Of a stretch of 64,000 nt of DNA, positions 54,709 to 61,111 are shown in pieces; within the stretch, counting starts at the first letter, position 1, and each line of letters begins with the position of its first letter. A program made the position numbers and the translations under genes. Origin of the DNA: Candidatus Micrarchaeia archaeon (GTDB taxonomy: Archaea > Micrarchaeota > Micrarchaeia > Anstonellales > Bilamarchaeaceae); the NCBI GenBank assembly GCA_041653635.1, contig JBAZFC010000001.1, positions 335,426 to 399,425 on the forward strand, in the 5' to 3' direction. The notes under the pieces were generated by a model. That model made no database searches, was not told the DNA's origin, and was given only the letters and a program-made list of their open reading frames with translations.

Positions 54709-56145
54709 ATGGATGTGCAGAAGCTCAACGTCTCCGACCTCTCAAAGCGCCTCTTCCTGGTGCATCCCCCAGAGCCCCGCCCCGACTCCCTCATCTCCTC
54801 CGTGAATGAGGGCATATACATCGGCAAGACGCGCTGGCTCAACGTCCCCGTCTTCTGGAACTTCAAGAAGCTGATTAACCCGCACGTCGCCATCGTCGGC
54901 ATAACCGGCTCGGGCAAATCCTACCTCGTGAAAACCTTCCTCACCCGCGCCTCGCTCATCTGGAACTCCAACGCAATAATCCTTGACTGGGTTGGCGAAT
55001 ACGACAAATGGGTGAAGCAGGCTGGGGGCACGGTCCTCCACCTTGGGGAGGAACACCTCAACCTCATGGACCTCGCGGGGCTCACGCCCTCCGAGCGCAC
55101 GAAGCAGATAATGTCCGCCCTGGAAATCCTTCTTGACCTGCACAACTTCCCAGCGGAGCGCAACGACATTGAGGAGGCGATAGAGGACACGTACGCGGGC
55201 GTGAAGAACCCCACCCTCAGCAACGTCGTTGAAATGCTGGAGAAAGGAAGGAAGAAATCCGCGGCGCGCCTGCTCAAGCACTTCACCACCCAGGGCAGCG
55301 ACTTCTTCGCGAAGCCCTCCACGCTCGCGATGGAGAAGCTCACCAACTCCGGGCTCATGTGCATAGACCTGCACTCCCTCCCAACCGAGGAGATGCGCTC
55401 GCTAGCCGGCCTCACAATCCTGCAGTTCCTCAAGGAAAAAATGCGCAGGGAGGAGATGAAGGAGGAGAAGGGCGTCCGCCTCTTCGTCGTGGTTGATGAG
55501 GCGTGGAAGATTGCGAGCGACGAAAGGAGCGACGTCATCACGATAGTGAGGGAGGGGAGGAAATACAACTTCGCCCTCATAGTCGCGTCCCAAAACCCGA
55601 CGGACATGCACAAGACAATCTTCAGCAACGTCGGCACGATGTTCATCCTGCGCCTCATCCTGAGGGAGTTCAAAGACTACGTCCGCCAGTCCCTCAGCTA
55701 CTCGGATTACATAGATTCTGAGATTTCCAAGTTCGGCGTCGGGGACGCCGCAATGAACATGATATTCTCAAAACGCACCAGCGGCTCGCACACCTTCCTG
55801 CTCAACAAGATTGACGGGGAGGAGCCGCTTTTCATTTATGCGCTGGAGGTTGATGGCATGTCTGTTGAGAAGGAAAGGGAACAGTTCTGCAATATGCTCT
55901 ACGAGCTCGGGCTCACGGACGAGCAGATAGGGCTCGTGAAGAACGAGTTTGAGAGGAATGACGGCACTATGGACGCCACCGCGTTCGTGTCGCTGCTGGA
56001 AAAGTTCGGCTATTCGCCCTCGTCAATAATGGGCTTCCTGCGCCAGCTGGAGGTGGACGAGAAGGACATAGTTGAGATATTCTCCCTTGCGAGGAGGAGG
56101 AAGGCCACCAAGGGGCTGGTTGACCTCACCCTTACGGAGGAATAA
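54709..56145 (+). CDS. P-loop ATPase of the VirB4/TraC/CedB/HerA-like (DUF87-type) class
   Basis: Walker A AIVGITGSGKSYLV, Walker B RLFVVVDEAWKIA, downstream IVASQNP. Confidence 0.7.
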   Translation: MDVQKLNVSDLSKRLFLVHPPEPRPDSLISSVNEGIYIGKTRWLNVPVFWNFKKLINPHVAIVGITGSGKSYLVKTFLTRASLIWNSNAIILDWVGEYDKWVKQAGGTVLHLGEEHLNLMDLAGLTPSERTKQIMSALEILLDLHNFPAERNDIEEAIEDTYAGVKNPTLSNVVEMLEKGRKKSAARLLKHFTTQGSDFFAKPSTLAMEKLTNSGLMCIDLHSLPTEEMRSLAGLTILQFLKEKMRREEMKEEKGVRLFVVVDEAWKIASDERSDVITIVREGRKYNFALIVASQNPTDMHKTIFSNVGTMFILRLILREFKDYVRQSLSYSDYIDSEISKFGVGDAAMNMIFSKRTSGSHTFLLNKIDGEEPLFIYALEVDGMSVEKEREQFCNMLYELGLTDEQIGLVKNEFERNDGTMDATAFVSLLEKFGYSPSSIMGFLRQLEVDEKDIVEIFSLARRRKATKGLVDLTLTEE

Positions 56146-56147
56146 TT

Positions 56148-56843
56148 ATGGAAGAGATAATCCGCATAAGCACGAAAAGGAAAAGGCCGCTTAAGCCGCT
56201 GCTCCAGACGCTCGGCTCATTCGGGTTCACGAAGGTGGATTACTCCGACGAGGCCCTCATAATAGAGAAGGTGGAGTCCGAGGACCTGAACGGCAAGCCA
56301 TACCTCTATTACCATCTTGAGCTGCTCAAGGGCGCAATAGTATTCAAATACACCGTGCCGACGCTCGAAAACAAAACGTCGCGCATGCTGGAGATGGGCC
56401 TCCTGCTCATGAACCTCTTCCAGCTCCTCACCGCGTATTACGACGTGCCGGTGCAGGCCGCCTACCCGCTCTATTTCCCGCTGCTCAAATCCCTCTCCGA
56501 GTCCATGGACAAGGAGAAGCTGGAAACGTATTCCGAGCTCAAGGACCTCAGGCAGAAGCACAACTCCCTGGAGCGCAAGTACAACGACCTTGTCCAGGCG
56601 AGCGCGCAGAACGCGCGCATCCTCGTTGAATATGAGAGGAAGAACGAAGACCTCGGCGACAGGGTGAAGAAGCTGGAGGGCGTTGGCGACATGGAGATGC
56701 AGGGCCAGCTATTTGAATGGGTGCGCACCCACGACGGCGAGATAGATGTGCTGGAGTTCTCCCGCCTCAACAACATCGCCGTGGGCAGGGTGGAAGAGGG
56801 CCTTGACGCCCTCATAAAGAACGGGTTCATAAGGAAAAGGTAG
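56148..56843 (+). CDS. hypothetical coiled-coil protein with C-terminal winged-helix-like domain
   Basis: 231 aa; central heptad-like charged region, C-terminal VLEFSRLNNIAVGRVEEGLDALIKNGFI; last gene of the membrane operon (2-nt gap from ATPase). Confidence 0.45.
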   Translation: MEEIIRISTKRKRPLKPLLQTLGSFGFTKVDYSDEALIIEKVESEDLNGKPYLYYHLELLKGAIVFKYTVPTLENKTSRMLEMGLLLMNLFQLLTAYYDVPVQAAYPLYFPLLKSLSESMDKEKLETYSELKDLRQKHNSLERKYNDLVQASAQNARILVEYERKNEDLGDRVKKLEGVGDMEMQGQLFEWVRTHDGEIDVLEFSRLNNIAVGRVEEGLDALIKNGFIRKR

Positions 56844-57009
56844 GGATTGCAATGCCGCCAAAAGAGAAGGAGAAGAAATCCAGCGGGTACCGCTTTGAGA
56901 TGCTCAGGAGGTTCTCCCGCCCGCGCTCCTACATAATCACGCGGCAGTACAAGATGGACATGCTTTCAATCCTTTCCAAGACGATTTCAACCATAATGGG
57001 TGGCAAGCA

Positions 57010-58302
57010 ATGAAGATAGTCCTTGTCGGCTCGGGCGCGAGGGAGCACGCAATCGCGGAGCAGCTTTCCAAGGGCGCCTCCCTCTATTCCATAATGGAAA
57101 AAAGGCACCCCGGCATAATGAAGCTCTCCACCGAATCCCTCATCTGCGACCCCGCGGACAAGGAGGAAGTGGGCGCATGGTGCATAGAAAAAGGGATAGA
57201 CCTCGGCTTCGTAAGCCCGGACGGCCTGCTTGAAAAAGGCGTCTCGGACATGCTCGCATCCGCGGGCATCAAGGTCGCCTCCCCCCTCCGCGCCGCCGCA
57301 CGCATTGAATGGGACAAGGGATACGCGCGCACGCTCCTGCACAAGCACGGCATCTCCGGCCTCCCCAAATTCCTTCTCGTAAAAAATATGGCAGAAGCCG
57401 AAAAATTCCTTTCCGAACTCGGCGACGTTGTCATAAAGCCCGTCGGCCTGACCGGCGGAAAAGGCGTGCGCATAATGGGCGAGCACCTTGAGTCTTCCGA
57501 GGACGCCCTTTCCTACATCTCCGAACTCATAAAGAAGGACGGGCACGCACTGCTCGAAGAAAAATTGGATGGAGAGGAATTCTCCCTCCAGGCGTTCTGC
57601 GACGGCACGCACCTTTCCGCGATGCCCCCGGTGCAGGACCACAAGCGCGCCTTCGTCAATGACGCGGGCCCCAACACGGGCGGCATGGGCTCCTATTCCT
57701 CCGGCCGCCTCCTCCCCTTCATGGAGCTGAAGGATTTGGAGGAGGCGAAATCCATAATGCAGAAGACCGTTGACGCGATGCGCGAGGAGGGCAACCCCTT
57801 CAAGGGCATCCTCTACGGCGGCTTCATGATAACCCGCGGGGGCGTCAAGCTCATAGAATACAACGCCCGCTTCGGCGACCCCGAGGCGATGAACGTGCTG
57901 ATGCTCCTGCGCACCCCGCTCGCCGACATCCTGAAGTCCATTTCCGAGGGCAGCCTGCAGGAGGCGGCGTTCTCCACCAACTGCACCGTGGTGAAATACC
58001 TCGTGCCCGAGGGCTACCCCGGCGCCGGGAAGAAGGATTCAAAAATAGAAGTGGACCAGCGCGCAGTGTGGGACTGCGGCGCCAAGGCATACTACGCATC
58101 CGTCTATGAGAAGGGCGGCTCCATATTCACCACAACCTCCCGCGCCGTGGCTGTGGCCGCGCAGGATGCGGCGCTTGAGCACGCGGAGGAGAAGGCGGAA
58201 TGCGCGACGCGCGCAGTCCACGGCCAGCTCTGGCACCGCCCCGACATCGGGACGCCCGCCCTCGTCCGCAGGAGGGTGGAGCACATGAGGAGGCTGAAAT
58301 GA
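57010..58302 (+). CDS. purD: phosphoribosylamine--glycine ligase
   Basis: 430 aa; MKIVLVGSGAREHA N-terminus, ATP-grasp motifs (VIKPVGLTGGKGV, EEKLDGEEFSLQAF). Confidence 0.85.
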   Translation: MKIVLVGSGAREHAIAEQLSKGASLYSIMEKRHPGIMKLSTESLICDPADKEEVGAWCIEKGIDLGFVSPDGLLEKGVSDMLASAGIKVASPLRAAARIEWDKGYARTLLHKHGISGLPKFLLVKNMAEAEKFLSELGDVVIKPVGLTGGKGVRIMGEHLESSEDALSYISELIKKDGHALLEEKLDGEEFSLQAFCDGTHLSAMPPVQDHKRAFVNDAGPNTGGMGSYSSGRLLPFMELKDLEEAKSIMQKTVDAMREEGNPFKGILYGGFMITRGGVKLIEYNARFGDPEAMNVLMLLRTPLADILKSISEGSLQEAAFSTNCTVVKYLVPEGYPGAGKKDSKIEVDQRAVWDCGAKAYYASVYEKGGSIFTTTSRAVAVAAQDAALEHAEEKAECATRAVHGQLWHRPDIGTPALVRRRVEHMRRLK

Positions 58303-59528
58303 TGCGCGCAAAGGACGCACTGTTGCTGCTCTTGCTCCTCAACCTTTCGTTCTCCGCATACTCCGGCCGCATGGTCGCAACGGTGGAGAAGGAATGGCTC
58401 ATAGAGTCCAACGGCACCCTCCGCAACGTCCTGCTCAACAGCTCCTTCCTTTCCGAATCCCCACACCAGCGCATAACCAGCATGAACACTAGCGACGGCG
58501 AGCTGGTGCGCTACGGCGACGAGGTGCGCCTCATATACCGGGCGGATTCCACGAATCCCCCCAAGCGCATAACCGCCACCGCCACCATTGAAGTTTCCTA
58601 TATGCCCGCGCTCTCCTCAAACCCGCCCCTCACGAACCTTTCATACCAATCCACGGAATTCACAAACTACACCGGAGAGATGGCGCAGTTCTCCGGCGCC
58701 CAGACCTCCTCCTCATCAGGCCAGCTGCATGCCGCCGCAATCCTCACGGACTGGGTCAGCAAGAACGTCCGTTACGACATGGCGTTCTGGGGCAGGGACG
58801 CGCCGGCGCAGGACGTCTGGTCCGGGAGGGGGGCGGTGTGCGTCGGCTACACGCACCTCCTGCTTGCCCTCGCCCGCTCCATAGGGCTTGAGGCCCGCTA
58901 CGTTTCCGGCTACGTGTTTTCCGACGACTGGCAGGAGCATGCATGGGCGGAATTCAACATAGGGGGCCAGTGGGTGGCCGCGGACCCCACGTTCCGCGAG
59001 TTCGCGTTCCTTGACGCCCGCCACATCGCGTCCCGCTATTCGGACGACCAGTCCGGCGCAGTTGACCGCATGTCCGCGCGCGGCGGCGATTTCTCCTTCA
59101 ACTCCATAACCCACGTCCGCATAACCGAGAGCGCGCCGTTCCCCGAACAGGCGACGGCATACGCCGCCTTTGACGGCACGGAATTCACCGTGGCCATCTC
59201 CAACACGCGGGGCACATATTTCACGCCAACCCTTACCGCCACCTTCCCGCCCTACATACACAGGGAGGAGCGCGGCATACTCTTCCTCGCCCCCATGGAG
59301 AGGAAAACGCTCTCCTATTCGCTGGACACCAGTTCGCTAGGCGGTGGCGGCTACTACTCCGTCCCTTATATCATATCCATACAGGGCACGGAGATAAGCG
59401 ACACAATACAGCTCTCCCGCAGCGGTGAACAGCCATCATCCCAGCCGCAGTCAGCCGCATGCCCGGTCACGCTTGCGCTCGTACTATCCTTATTCCTCAC
59501 AATCGCGCGCTACAAACCGAATGTTTAA
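58299..59528 (+). CDS. transglutaminase-like domain protein, secreted and C-terminally membrane-anchored
   Basis: Start MMRAKDALLLLLLLNLSFSA overlaps the purD stop; Cys-His-Asp-like core (GRGAVCVGYTHLLLALARSIG ... HAWAEF); C-terminal hydrophobic anchor. Confidence 0.6.
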   Translation: MMRAKDALLLLLLLNLSFSAYSGRMVATVEKEWLIESNGTLRNVLLNSSFLSESPHQRITSMNTSDGELVRYGDEVRLIYRADSTNPPKRITATATIEVSYMPALSSNPPLTNLSYQSTEFTNYTGEMAQFSGAQTSSSSGQLHAAAILTDWVSKNVRYDMAFWGRDAPAQDVWSGRGAVCVGYTHLLLALARSIGLEARYVSGYVFSDDWQEHAWAEFNIGGQWVAADPTFREFAFLDARHIASRYSDDQSGAVDRMSARGGDFSFNSITHVRITESAPFPEQATAYAAFDGTEFTVAISNTRGTYFTPTLTATFPPYIHREERGILFLAPMERKTLSYSLDTSSLGGGGYYSVPYIISIQGTEISDTIQLSRSGEQPSSQPQSAACPVTLALVLSLFLTIARYKPNV

Positions 59529-59565
59529 ATATTCCCGCAGCAGCACTTATAACATAAGATAAGGT

Positions 59566-60222
59566 GTGACTATGGCCCGCGCAACAAAGGAATCCACACA
59601 GGAAATCGTACATGGCATCAACGACCAGCTGAACTCCATCTTCAACGAGCTCTCATTGATGGCACCGGCCTACTCTTCGCAGAGGACGCAGTTTGAATCC
59701 GATTTCACGAGGATACAGCGCGCGCTCGTCCTTGAATACACTAGGAACCCGCCATCTAAGCTGCCTTCCCCGGAAAATCTGCGCCTGCACCTGCTCGGCG
59801 AAGTAGTGGATAGGGCTACAAACGCGGACCTCAAGGCAGCTGCCGCGCTACTGCCCAACCCCGAGCCCGTTTCCCGCGCGCCCCCGTCCCGGAGCCCGGA
59901 GCCCGCGGCCAGCGTGGCAGAAAGGGAGATGGAGCCAATGCTTATCTCCGCCGTAACCCCCACAACCACCCCCCGCCGCACTTCAGCGCCCACCATTTCA
60001 GAGCTGAGGAGCCAAGGCTACACCAACGTAATAGACGTGCGCTTTGACGAGGAGAACAAGGTGTACCGCTTCGCGTGCAACGACCCGAACCTTGACCTTA
60101 TCGGGATGACGCGCCAGCAGCTCATAGATTATGCGAAGGAGAATCCGTCCGCGCTCAAGATATTTGAAGTGAACTCGCGCGGCTACGCAACAAAGGAAGT
60201 GCGCCCCTCCTCACTGGAGTAA
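59566..60222 (+). CDS. hypothetical protein with Pro/Ser-rich central linker
   Basis: 218-aa ORF; no recognised motif; converges on pcn. Confidence 0.4.
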   Translation: MTMARATKESTQEIVHGINDQLNSIFNELSLMAPAYSSQRTQFESDFTRIQRALVLEYTRNPPSKLPSPENLRLHLLGEVVDRATNADLKAAAALLPNPEPVSRAPPSRSPEPAASVAEREMEPMLISAVTPTTTPRRTSAPTISELRSQGYTNVIDVRFDEENKVYRFACNDPNLDLIGMTRQQLIDYAKENPSALKIFEVNSRGYATKEVRPSSLE

Positions 60223-60966
60223 TCAGGCGCTCTCTATCCTCGGCGCAAGGTAATACACGCTCTTCGCGCCCATTACCTCATATTCCACTTTCAGCGGCCT
60301 GTCCGTCTCAAGGTGCAGCGTGACCGGCGTGCCCGCCTTGCTCGCCCTCACTATGTCCTCAAGGTACTGGAGCGGGAAGGTCGCCCTTGAGCCCTCGTTC
60401 ACCTTCAGCTCCTTCACCTCTTCCGCGTCTTTCTCAAACTCCTCCTTGACTTCCCCTTCATCCCCCTTTATCTCCACCCTGAATTTTCCCTCTTCCAAAA
60501 TGAGCCGTATATGGCTGCTCACGAGCTTCGCGTCCCTGAGCATCTCCTTGAACGCCTCGGAATCCAATCTCACAAAGTTCTTGTACTCTATCTTCGGCTC
60601 CCTCTCCAGCCCGGTGCCAACTTCCATCAGCGGAAGCTTGAACGTCCTTTTTTTCTTCCCTCCCCCGAAAACAATCCTGAGCTTCCCATCCTCAAGCCCG
60701 AGCTCCGCGCTCTCGCCTTTCGCGCCCCTCGCAAGGACCTTGCTGAATCGGTCTATATCCAGCCCAATCTTCCTTTCCTCCTCCAGCGTGTATGTTGAGA
60801 ACGCCTCTTTGGGCATGAAGAATGATATCATGGAAATCTGGGACGGGTCCATCGCCTTGAGCCGGACCCCCTCGTTTGAGACCTCAAAAAGCCCCTCCTC
60901 AACCAGATTGACTATGCTGTCCACCGCATCCTTGAGCGCCGTAGAATCATCTATGACTATTTTCAT
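60223..60966 (-). CDS. pcn: DNA polymerase sliding clamp PCNA
   Basis: 247 aa; two-domain pattern with acidic inter-domain linker; N-terminus MKIVIDDSTALKDAVDSIVNLVEEGLF and C-terminal YYLAPRIE typical of archaeal PCNA. Confidence 0.85.
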   Translation of the reverse strand: MKIVIDDSTALKDAVDSIVNLVEEGLFEVSNEGVRLKAMDPSQISMISFFMPKEAFSTYTLEEERKIGLDIDRFSKVLARGAKGESAELGLEDGKLRIVFGGGKKKRTFKLPLMEVGTGLEREPKIEYKNFVRLDSEAFKEMLRDAKLVSSHIRLILEEGKFRVEIKGDEGEVKEEFEKDAEEVKELKVNEGSRATFPLQYLEDIVRASKAGTPVTLHLETDRPLKVEYEVMGAKSVYYLAPRIESA

Positions 60967-61111
60967 TTAATCCACCCGCGCCTAATATGTCATAAAAGGA
61001 TAATAAACCTTCCCACACCGGGATTCCGGTTTTTCGCCCTTTTTTACGGTGTGGTTTCCCGTGTTCTTAAATAGCATCCCTTTAAAAACATTTTTGGCGA
61101 CAAATACTAAT

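Noticed and set aside
56853-56936. Small ORF in the gap between the operon and purD
   Set aside because: On careful re-reading the frame terminates after 27 codons; no support for a functional small protein.
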